From NCBI RefSeq assembly GCF_004010195.1, contig NC_057756.1, forward strand, positions 5,860,257 through 5,924,256: a stretch of 64,000 nt of DNA, given 5' to 3'. The position numbers and the translations under genes were made by a program. Positions 52,862 through 64,000 of this stretch are shown piece after piece; position 1 is the stretch's first letter, and each line of letters starts with the position of its first letter. Under the pieces are notes generated by a model. The model was not told where the DNA came from, searched no databases, and saw only the letters and a list, made by a program, of their open reading frames with translations. Source of the stretch: Chiloscyllium plagiosum (lineage: Eukaryota).

Positions 52862-54085
52862 TGTTAAAGTAGATATTTGAGACGGCCCAGGGAATCCCTT
52901 GTGGACTCAGACCTGTATGCCTCTCATGGTTCGTCCCAGAGATCGTACTCTTTGGAAGTCTGGAATGAATAAAAACCTCTCCCAGACAGTTTAATTTTAG
53001 TTATCTCCTTTGCTTGCTAATAGCATCACTGTTACAATGTAACACTGATGCCTATACGCTAAACTAACTAGGTTCTAGTACCAACTCAAGTGCCTGAGCA
53101 GGCTACTCATGTTCTGATATAAAGTGGCTTCCTTTATACAAAAGTTTACAAAAACACTGCATGTTCTTAATTAGACAGGTAACAGTGAAACAATAACTTG
53201 TAAGAAAGGTTAATAGACAGGTCTGTGTAAGCTTGACTAATCACTCCTACAGGCCCTAAGCCATTCATTAGATGGGGGAAAGTTGAAACTTTATTGCTGG
53301 AACAGCACAGCAGGTCAGGCAGCATCCAGGGAACAGGAGATTCGACGTTTCGGGCACAGGCCCTTCTTCAGGAATTAGATGGGGGAAAGCATACCCAGCC
53401 AAGTTAGGCGCCTGTTAGCGAGATAAACTCCTATCATAAAGAGGTACCAGTCTGAGCTAAATGGAGCGTTCATAAGGTAACCTTGCACAGCTCACATGTC
53501 AGATAGAATTGTTTTACAAAATGGCTTCTTAGCAAGGAGGGCAAACCTTTGACCATAAAACGGCTTCCTGACACATTGTGCCAGAATTGCTTCAATGTTA
53601 GGCCGAGAATAATTTCTAAGCTTGGAGCAGACTCCTGCTTTTTAAACACTGAATCATTCTGTACCTGCGGTTGAGATGTTACCATAAGATTGCATTTAAA
53701 ACTGATTCATTAGTCTTTGAATTGAACATGCTTTCTTTTCAGGGTTGTGATTTAAATTCAAATAAGGCATAAGATCTGATTAGTTAGAATTGACGGTGGG
53801 GAAGTCTGTAAGGTCTGTAGAGTGGTCTGCAAGAACAGCAAGTAAGTTCAAGCTTCATTAATATGATCTTTTACAGAGTTTGTATTTAATAACTGGTATT
53901 GGCTACTCTATCATGCAAAAAGCAATTAAGTTCAGCTGTGAATGCTATCACTTGGTGTCCTGTTTACAGATTCAGTGATTTTCAAGCAAATTTCTTAATT
54001 GCTTTAGAGCATCCTGTTCTAGAATTCAGCATTACATTTTAGTCTAAATGTTTAAAGACCAATTTTAAGGCTGTAGACTTTCTCA
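52862..54085 (-). mobile_element. Probable solo LTR (~1.2 kb)
   Basis: Imperfect inverted ends tgttaaagt / actttctca, near-TSD gcat/ccat, minus-strand tgtataaagg at 53131-53140. Confidence 0.5.
53283..53373 (-). mobile_element. Minimal HHR cassette (core 53344-53371)
   Basis: Exact reverse complement of 41600-41690; 16-bp TSD attagatgggggaaag (53267-53282 and 53374-53389). Confidence 0.9.
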
Positions 54086-54671
54086 CCATCCTTCAGATGC
54101 TTTGTGCTTGTGGGTGTGATGTCATCACCCAACAGCAGTTGCACAATGACATCACCTGCTCCCCAGGGATTTCCTCAAATGTGGGATTTTTCTGACTCCA
54201 GTACTTCTGATATCTTGACAGATGCACGCTCCAGCGGGAGACTTTTACATTGTAGATTGAGTGGTGAGTAGTTTTGACTTTTTTTTTTCCAGAGTAGAGA
54301 AGGTTGAGGGATGATGTATAAGGTTATGAGTGGAATGGACAGGATGGATGGAAAGCAGATGTTCCAGTTAGTTCAAGGGTTAATAATAAAAGAATGGCAG
54401 GCGATTTGAGGAAAACCTTTTACACCCACAGGGTGACGGGGAGGCCTAGAATGCACTGCCTGGGCAGGAAATTAAGGTGTGGAACCTCCAACTATTTTTT
54501 CGAAAAAATTACCTGAATGAGTGCTTGAAATGTCATGACGTTTAAAGCTGAGTCCAGTATTGGATTAGTGTCAGTAGCAGGCTATTGTTCGTGTACAGAC
54601 TTGATGGGCCAAAGTATTGTATGATTCTATGACCATCCCCACCACCTAAGTCAAGACAGATGTGAAGTACT

Positions 54672-56520
54672 CAGAGTCATAGAGATGTACAGCATGGAAA
54701 CTGACCCTTTGGTCCAACCTGTCCATGCCGACTAGATATCCCAACCCAATCTAGTCCCACCTGCCAGCACCCGGCCCATATCCCTCTAAACCCTTCCTAT
54801 TCATATACCCATCCAAATGCCTCTTAAATGTTGCAATTGTACCAGCCTCCACAACATCCTCCTGGCAGCTCATTCCATACATGTACCACCCTTTGCGTGA
54901 AAAAGTTGCCCCTTAGGTCTCTTTTTTTATTATATATCTTTTTCCCCTCTCTCACCCTAAACCTAACCTATGCTCTCCAGTTCTGGACTCCCCGATCCCA
55001 GGGAAACTACTTTGCCTATTTACCCGATTCATGCCCCTCATAATTTTGTAAACCTCTACAAGGTCACCCTTCAGCCTCCGATGCTCCAGGGAAAACAGCC
55101 CCAGCCTGTTCAGCGTCTCCCTATAGCTCAAATCCTCCAACCCTGGCAACATCCTTGTAAATCGCTTCTGAGCCCTTTAAAGTTTCACAACATCCTTACG
55201 ATAGGAAGGAGACCAGAATTGCAGGCAATATTCCAACAGTGGCCTAACCAATGTCCTGTACAGCCGCAACATGACCTCCCAACTCCTGTACTCAATACTC
55301 TGACCAATAAAGGAAAGCATACTAAACGCCGCCTTCACTATCCTATCTACCTGCGACTCCACTTTCAAGGAACTATTAACCATTCACAACCAAACCATTT
55401 ATATAAATGACAAAAAGAAGTGGACCCAGCACCGATCCTTGTGGCACACCACTGGCCAAAGCCTGAAAGGCAATCCTCCACCACCACCCTCTGTCTTCTA
55501 CCTTTGAGTCAGTTCTGTACCCAAATGGCTCGTTCTCCCTGTATTCCATGAGACGTAAGCTTGCTAATCAGTCTCCCATGGGGAACCGTGTCGAATGCCT
55601 TACTGAATTCCATATAGATCACATCCACCGCTCTGCCCTCATCAATCCTCTGTTACTTCCTCAAAAATCTCAATCAAGTTTTAGAGACATGATTTCCCAC
55701 ACACACAACCATGTTGACTATCCCTAATCAGTCCTTGCCTTTCCAAATACATGTACATCCTGTCCCTCAGGATTCCCTCCAACAACTTGCCCACCACCGA
55801 CATCAGGCTCACTGGTCTATAGTTCCCTGGCTTGTCCTTACCATCCTTCTTAAACAGTGATACCATGTTAGCCAACCTCCAGTTGTCCGGCACCTCACCT
55901 GTGTCTATCGATGATACAAATATCTCAGTAAGAGGCCCAGCAATCACTTCTCTAGCTTCCCACAGAGTTCTCGGGTATACCTGATCAGGTCCTACGTTTC
56001 AAGACATCCAGCATTTCCTCCTCTAATGTGGACATTTTGCAAAATGTCACCATCTATTTCCTTACATTCTATATCTTTCATATCCTTTTCCACAGTAAAT
56101 ACTGATGCAAAATACTCATTTAGTCTCTTGCCCCATTTTCTGCGGCTCAACACAAAAGTCGCCTTACTGATCTTTGAGGGGCCTATTCTCTCCCTAGTTA
56201 CCCTTTTGTCCTTAATGTATTTGTAAAAACCCTTTGGATTCTCCTTAATTCTATTTGCCAAAGCATTTAAGCACAGACTATCCCCTTTGTCCCTAACAGG
56301 CATGGCACTTTCCCTGGTTATTCCCTTCCCCTTGATTACCTTGTGGAATGTTTTGGGGTTCTCCCTAATCTCCCTGGCCAACTGTTTTATCATACCCCTG
56401 TTTAGTCATCTCATTTCTTTTTTGTGTTCCTCCTTGCGCGTTCTATTCTCCACTCTGGCCTCCATCGCTGTGCTCCTTTTGTACCTCTTAAAAGCTTTTC
56501 TTTTTCTTCTTATTCAGTCT
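54672..56520 (-). mobile_element. CR1 ORF2 3' ~1.8 kb
   Basis: LNEYFASVFTVE, NYRPVSLMSVVGKLLE, LYRTLVRPLLEYC; CR1 tail. Confidence 0.92.
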
Positions 56521-56544
56521 TGAGTATTTCTAGATATCCAGCGT

Positions 56545-58205
56545 TAACCAAACTCATCTCTGCAAACCTTGACACTGTCCTGTCCTCCAGAAACTCTCCA
56601 CCCACATTCAGGACACCACCCATGCTCTCCACCACCTGCATGACTTTTGTTTCCCCAGCCCCCAACGCCTTATCTTCACAATGGACATCCAGTCCTTGGA
56701 CACATCGATCCACCATGACGAAGACCTCCAAGCCCTCTCTTCCTCTCCTGCTGACCCAACAAATTCCCTTCCACCGACACTCCCATTCAACTAGCTAAAC
56801 TGATCTTCCCCCTCAACTTCTCCTTGCAATCCTTCCACAGCCTCCAGACCAAAGGTGTAGGTGTAGGCAGCAGCATGGGCCCCAGCTCTGCAGGTATGTG
56901 AAGCAGTCCATCTTTTTGCAGTTGCACCAGCACCATTCCCCACCTTTTTCTCCACTACATCAATGACTGTATCCCTCATGCTCCTACCAGGAGGTTGAAC
57001 AGTTCATCAACTACATAAACTTTTTCTACCCAACCTCAAGTTCACCTGGACCATGTCAGAACCTCCCTCCCATTTCTGGTGACCAACAAACCCACAGACT
57101 CCCACAGCTACCTGGACTACGCCTCCTCCCACCCTTCCTCCTGTAAAAATACTATCCCTTATTCCCATTCCTCCACCACATATGCTTCCAGGAGAACCAA
57201 TTCCACCGTACAACATCCAAAGATTGCAATTTCCCCTCCCATGTCATTGACGGTGCCCTCTACTTCCTGCACCTCTGCTCTCAAACCCTACCCTTCCAAC
57301 TACAACAAGGACAGTACCCCCATGGTCCTCATTTTCCACCCCTCCAACCTTTGGATACATCGCATCATCCTCTGCCATTTCCTCCAGCCACAAACAAACC
57401 CCACCACCAGATATATTTCTCTCCCTACCCTATCTGAGTTTCAGAGAGACCATTCCCTCTGCAACTCACTTGTCTGGTCCACCCTCCCCTCCAGGCACCT
57501 TGCCCTGCTGTCGCAAGAAGTGCAAAACCTCTGCCCACACCTCCTGCCTCACCTCCGTCCAAGGCCCCAAAGGATCTTTCCACATCCATCCGAAATTTAC
57601 CTGTACTTCCACACACGTCATCCACTGCATCCATTGCACCCAATGTGGCCCTCTCTACACTGAGGAGACAGGACGCCAACTTGCAGATCATTTCAAAGAA
57701 CATTTCTGGGACACCTGCACTAACCAACCCCACTGCCCTGTGGCTGAACACTTTAACTCCCCCTCCCACTCTGCCAAGGACGTGCAGGACCTAGGCCACC
57801 TCCATTGCCAAACCCTAACTACCCATCACCTGGAGGAAGAACACCTCCTCTTCTGCCTTGGGACCCTCCAGCCACATGGGATCAATGTGGATTTCACCAG
57901 TTTCCTCATTTATGCTCCTCCCCATCTTTTTCCATTCCTAAATTTCCAACTTAGCACTGCCCTCTTGAATGGTCCTACCTGTCCATCTTCCTTACCACCT
58001 ATCTGCTTCACCCTCCACTCTGACCTATCATTTTCAGTCACATCTTCATCACTTTCCCAGCTACCCTCTCACCCTGCCCCCACACACACTTATCTGTCAG
58101 CAGCACCCCCCCCCACCAAGGTTATGCCCAAAATGTCGACTTGCCTGCTCCTGGGATGCTGCCTGACCGGCTGTGCTTCTCTAGCACCACACACTTTTGA
58201 CTCTA
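56545..58205 (+). mobile_element. Penelope-like element (RT, GIY-YIG, decayed pLTR)
   Basis: KPTDSHSYLDYASSHP; FTCTSTHVIHCIHCTQCGPLYTEETG; LGTLQPHGINVDF. Confidence 0.9.
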
Positions 58206-59654
58206 GACATCCAGGGTTCTCTGGGCTTGTTATAGAGTCACCGGTTTAGAGCCCTACAGCAAAAAGGCCCTTCGACCCATTTTAGTCTGTGCCAATCGAA
58301 AGCAACTACGTACCTATAATTTTCCAGCGCTTGGCCTATAGCCTAGTATGCCTTTGCATCTCAAGGGTACATCAAAATACTTCAAAGTTTCTACATTTCA
58401 CCGTAACGGGAACACATCAGGCCGTTCCCGCCTCTGGTGTCTGTCTGTCTGTGTTCTCCCTGTGTCTGCATTGGTTTTGTCCGGATGCTTGTTTCCCCTC
58501 CTCTCTGTCCAGGGATGTGCAGGCTAGATGGATTAACTATGGTGAAAGTGGGATTAGTGTGGGAGGCTGAGTTCTGGCAGGTTGGTGCAAACTAGTTGAA
58601 CCGAATCTCCTCTTCCTGGGATTCTGTGACTTTGATCCAGCACTACGTTGTCACTTGTTGGACCAACTACATGTTGATATAAAAACCTCTCCTGAATACA
58701 TTTCAAGAAATTTGCCCCGTCTAAACCCTTTAAACTATGACTACCCAGCTAATGCTGGGGAAATCCTGTAACCTAATCACCCTATTGTTCTTTTTGCACA
58801 CCTCAGTGAATTGTCTACAGTTGTTTTCCCTCTGCATTATTCATTCCATTTCTCTTTTGATTGTGACGTTATACTGACCAGTTCTGAACCATTTTTATTT
58901 GTTGTAATTTATTCTGTACAGCCCTAATATTAACTGATTCGGTCCCCTGAGCTACTGCCTGACTTGTTGACTTTCCAGCATTTTCTTTGTTTCAGATTTG
59001 CAGCAGCTGCAATATTTTACTGCTCTTTTTGTTCCAGGCGTTGCTCAGAGCCAACTGATGCCCAGTTGCATCAGCATGGGTGTTGGTCAGAGTTTGGTGT
59101 GTGGTCTCCACTGTAGGTTCATGTTAATTGCAGAATCAGAGTGATTACAATAGAGAAGGAGAATACTGTGCCTGTGCTGGTTTTCTCCAAAAGCAAATCA
59201 GCGATTCCTCTCACTTGCCTTTCAATTTTCTCTTCGGAGGTATCTCCAATTCCCTTTTGAAAGTCTTTGTTATCTCAGATTGAGCAGGAGTGGAGCTGGA
59301 GGAGAAGCTGCAGAGTTTACCCGGAGGTCTTTCAAACCCAGTTGGGCCCAGCAATTTCCAATGTGAAGTTCTCCAAGGAAGCTGGGCTCTAGGGAAGATC
59401 GGGTTGCTAAATAAACACTGTCCATACAGCGTATATTTAAAACAAAATATTGTTTGGGGAGTATGTATTTCTTCAGTTGCTGCAGAGGCAATGGTGCTAA
59501 TTCTCCAAAATTAATCAGATTCTGGAAAGCTTCCATCCCTTTGTAAAATAACAGATACAATTCCTCTATTAAAGGAGGGAGGAGGACAGACAACAGGAAA
59601 CTATAGGCTAGTTAGTTTGATCTGCTATGTCTGGGGTGAGAATCAAATCATTTG

Positions 59655-59875
59655 CTATTATCACTGGACCTGGTTTTAAATCCTGTGATGGCCGATGATG
59701 GAACTTGAATAAAAATCTGGAATTCAGAGTCTAATGATCATGAAACAATTGTTGAAGGTGAGGAGCAAAACTGTCCTTCACTAATATCTTTCAGTGAAGG
59801 AAACTGCCATCCTTACCTGATCTGGCCTACAGGTGACTCCAAACGCTGTGGTTGACTTTCAACTGCCCTCTGAAT
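59655..59875 (+). mobile_element. Deu-domain SINE fragment
   Basis: ggaaactgccatccttacctgatctggcctacaggtgactcca core. Confidence 0.7.
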
Positions 59876-60379
59876 TACAGATAACAGGAAGTGTCAGCAA
59901 TGGTTTTCATTCTCTCATACTGTAGAGAAGAAGCCCTTTGGCCCATTAAATCTGTCCCATCAATAACTACTCTGAATCTATGCTTGCCCTATTTTCTAGC
60001 ATTTGAATGTCATGACATTTTTGCATGCTCATCCAGACACGTTTTAAAGGTTGGGAGGTTTTCCACCTCAACTGCCCTCCCAGACAATGCATTGCAGATT
60101 CATACCATCTTTTGGGTGAAAAATGTTTCCTCCAATCCCCTCTAAATCCCTTGCCTTTCACTTTAAAATTGTGCTCCTTGTTATTGAACCTTCAACTCAG
60201 GGGAACAACTACTTGATCGCGTTTCTCCAATTTAGTGGAACTCTGAGGATTGAGATGTGCTGTGGATAATGGGGAGACGATGATATGTTATACTTGGATT
60301 TCAGGAAGGCATGTAAAAGGTGACTGTTTAGAGTAAGAGTTACTAGTTTAGTGATAGCACACTGGCCTACCAATTTGAA

Positions 60380-62670
60380 ACGAGGAATTAAGAGGGCTAA
60401 TGGGGTCATGAAATATCTTTAGCAAACAAGGTTGAGGAAAATCCTAAAGCCTTTTCTCGTATATAAGAAGGAAGAAGAAGGGTTTGTCTACTCAAGGACA
60501 AAGGAGGAAAGTTATGGGTGAGATTCTTAATGAGTACTTTGCATCAGTATTCACTGAGGAGAGGGGCAATAGCAGATGTTGAGGTCAAGGATAGATGTTT
60601 AATTACTCTAGGTCAAGTTGGTATTCTAAAAGGCATTAAGTGAACAAATCCCCAAGTCCAGATGGGTTCTATCCCAAGTTATTTAGGGAAGCAAGAGAAG
60701 AAATAGCTGGGGCCTTAACTGATATCTTTGCAACATCCTTCAACACGAATGAGGCCCCAGAGAACTCGAGAATTGTTAATGTTGTCCCCTTGTTTAAGAA
60801 GGGTAGTAGGGATAAGCCAGATAATGATAGACTGGTGAGCCTGATGTCAGTGATAGGGAAGTTGCTGGAGAAAATATTGAGGTATAGGATCTACTTACTT
60901 TTGGAACAAAATGGGCTTATCAGTGATAGGCAACATGGTTTTGTGCAGTGAGGGTCATATCTTACCAACTTAATAGAATTCTTTGAAGAAGTGACAAAGT
61001 TGATTGAGGGAAGGGCTCTAGATGTCATATACATGGACTTCAGTGAGGTGTTTGATAAGCGTCCCCACAGTAGGCTGACTGAGAAAGTGAAGTTGCATGG
61101 GGTCCAGAGTGTACTAGGTAAATGGATAGAGAACTGGCTGGGCAGCAGGAGATGGAGTAGCAGTGGAAGGGAGTTTCTCAAAATGGAGAATTGTGACCAG
61201 TAGTGTTCCACAGGAATCCATGTTGGGATCGTTTACTTGTAGTATGCATAATTGATCTGGAGGAAGGTATAGGTGGTCTGATTAGCAAGTTTGCTGATGA
61301 TACTAAGATTGGTGGAGTAGCAGATAGTGAAGGGGTCTATCAGAATGCAGCAGAATTTAGGTAGATTGGAGAGTTGTGCTGAGGAATGGCAGATGAAGTT
61401 CATCCGGGCAAATGCGAGGTGATGCATTTTTGGAAGATCCAGTTCAAGAGCAAACTATATAGTAAATGGAAAAGCCCTGGGGAAAATTGATATGCAGAGA
61501 AATCAGGTGCATTGTACCCTGAGGTGGCAACGCAGGTCAATAAGAGCGGTCAAGCAGGCCGACAGCATGTTTTCTTTCATTGGACAGGGTATTGAGTCCA
61601 ACAGTTGGCAGGTCAAGTTACAATTGTATAAGACTTTGGTTTGGCCACATTTGGAATACTATGTACAGTTCTGGTTGCCACATTACCAAAAGGATGTGGA
61701 TGCTTTGGAGAGGGTACAATGGAGGTTCACCAGGATGTTGCCCGATATGAAGGGCGCTAGCTATGAAGAAAGGTTGAGTAGATTAGGATTATTTTCATTA
61801 AAAACAGTTTAAGGTGGACCTGATTGAGATCAACTAGGGGTGATATGGTGGTTCAGTGGTTAGCACTGCTGCCTCACAGCACCAGTGATCCAGGTTCAAT
61901 TCCTGCCTCGGGCAACTGTCTGTGTGAAGTTTGCATGTTGTCCCCGTGTCTGGGTGGGTTTGCTCCGGTTTCCCCCCTCAGTCCAAAGGTGTGCAGGCTA
62001 GGTGAATTTGTCATGCTAAATTGCCCGTAGTGTTGGGTGTAGGGGAGTAGGTCTGGGTGGGTTGCTCTTTGGAGGGTGATTGTGGACTTTTTGGGCCGAA
62101 GGGCCTGTTTCCACACTGTAGGCAATCTAATCTTAAAAAAAATAGAAAGTGAGGACTGCAGACGCTGGAGCTCAGAGTCGAGTGTAGTGCTGGAAAATGA
62201 GGAAGGGCTTATGCCCAAAACGTCGATTCTCCTCCTCGAATGCTGCTTGACCCATGCTTTTCCGGCGCAAAAACTTTTGATTCGGGGAACCTGGTTGAAT
62301 TATACAAAATCATGAGGGGGCAGACAGGGTGGCTAGCAAGAAGCTTTTTCTCCAGAGTGGGGGACTCAATGACATGAGGTCATGAGTTCAAGGTGAGGGG
62401 GGGGAAGAGTTTAAAGGAGATAAGTGTGTGGGAGAGCCCTTTGCACAGACTGGTGGGTACCTGGAACGCATTGCCAGCTGAAGTGGGACAGTCAGGCACG
62501 ATAGCGTCATTTCAAATGTATCGAGACAGATACATGAATGGGCAGGAAGCAGAGGAAATAGACCCTTAGAAAATAAGTGACAGGTTTAGGTAGAGGAACT
62601 GGTTCGGCACAGGCTTGGAGGGCAAAAGGGGTCTGCTCCTGTGCTGTAATTTTCTTTACTCTGTTTTAGA
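60380..62670 (+). mobile_element. CR1 ORF2 3' part with nested HE1 SINE (61838-62131) and pLTR (62143-62282)
   Basis: KSPSPDG, VIYMDFSEVFDK, FADDTKIG and PHLEYYVQFW motifs. Confidence 0.9.
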
Positions 62671-63727
62671 ATCTGGATTGGCTCAAAGTTTCCGTAAAGA
62701 TTTTTAGCTCGGATGCTGGCTGTCGTACTTGAGCAGGGTCCTAATGCTGCAGCTTTTGTGCGTGTTCAGTTCAGGATCTGGTTAGTGGGTATGGTACACT
62801 TCTGTGGTGCGTTCACTGTTTTATGTTCTTTCGACCATCCCATCCAGGAATGGGAGTTGATTGTTGGTTTCCTCCTTTTCAAAGAATTCAATAAGGTTTG
62901 TGAGGCACGACCTGCCCTTCACAAAACCATGCTGACTATCCTTGATCACATTATTCCTATCCAGATGTGCATAAATCCTATGAACATCTTAAAAAAAAAA
63001 TAGAAAGTGAGGACTGCAGACGCTGGAGCTCAGAGTCAAGTGTAGTGCTGGAAAACGAGGAAGGGCTTATGCCCAAAACGTCGATTCTCCTCCTCGAATG
63101 CTGCTTGACCAATGCTTTTCCGGCGCAAAAACTCGATTCGGGGAACATGGTTCAATTATACAAAATCATGAGGGGGCAGACAGGGTGGCTAGCAAGAAGC
63201 TTTTTCTCCAGAGTGGGGGACTCAATGACATGAAGTCATGAGTTCAAGGTGAGGGGGGGAAGAGTTTAAAGGAGATACGTGTGTGGGAGAGCTCTTTACA
63301 CAGTGGTGGGTGCCTGGAACGCATTGCCAGCTGAAGTGGGACAGTCGGGCACGATAGCGTCATTTCAAAAGTATCGAGACAGATACATGAATGGGCAGGA
63401 AGCAGAGGAAATAGCTCCTTAGAAAATAAGTGACCGGTTTAGGTAGAGGATCTGGTTCGGCACAGGCTTGGAGGGCAAAAGGGGTCTGCTCCTGTGCTGT
63501 AATTTTCTTTACTCTGTTTTAGAATCTGGATTGGCTCAAAGTTTCCGTAAAGATTTTTAGCTCGGATGCTGGCTGTCGTACTTGAGCAGGGTCCTAATGC
63601 TGCAGCTTTTGTGCGTGTTCAGTGCAGGATCTGGTTAGTGGGTATGGTACACTTCTGTGGTGCGTTTACTGTTTTATGTTCTTTCGACCATCCCATCCAG
63701 GAATGGGAGTTGATTGTTGGTTTCCTC
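62130..63727 (+). repeat. ~745-bp direct duplication (62130-62874 and 62986-63727)
   Basis: Near-identical copies separated by a 111-bp spacer. Confidence 0.95.
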
Positions 63728-63860
63728 TTCTCTCATAAATCTGATCCCTGTGAGCATGTTGTTGATAATCTGGTGTGTGTTCTCGGTTTTCTGTTCTCTT
63801 AATCATAAACAAAAGGTTGGCAGAAACAGTGTGTTCATAAATGGGTCTCTTTTCGATTGT
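63520..63860 (-). mobile_element. Penelope RT C-terminal remnant (different family)
   Basis: HQIINNMLTGIRFMREEETNNQLPFLDGMVERT; partial duplicate at 62670-62874. Confidence 0.7.
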
Positions 63861-64000
63861 CAGAATGTGACAAGTCGGGACCCACAGGGTTTTGCTGAGC
63901 CACATCTTTATACAGTTTATACCAATGACTTCGATGAGGGAAATGAAGTCATGGTGGTTACATTTTGTGGTGATACAAAGCTAGGCAGGAAAGGTTGTTG

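Overview
Repeat-dense vertebrate genomic DNA, almost certainly from a cartilaginous fish (shark), judged from about 13 HE1/V-SINE copies and the CR1 LINE families present. Most of the window is decayed retroelements: CR1 LINEs (one near full length), a Rex1/Babar fragment, Deu-type SINEs with a partner LINE, solo LTRs, and many Penelope-like element (PLE) pieces. The PLE terminal repeats carry minimal hammerhead ribozyme (HHR) motifs of two families. They occur on RT/GIY-YIG remnants, as fold-back palindromes, and as identical ~91-nt cassettes flanked by target-site duplications (TSDs). Other notable items are an intact histone H2A ORF whose start codon is donated by a CR1 fragment (next to an H4 pseudogene), an internally deleted epsilon-like endogenous retrovirus with a tRNA-His-like primer site, a CpG-island promoter (44.2-44.75 kb) and a ~745-bp local duplication. 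There are three N gaps. No host multi-exon gene could be identified by name. Repeat boundaries are read by eye and are approximate.
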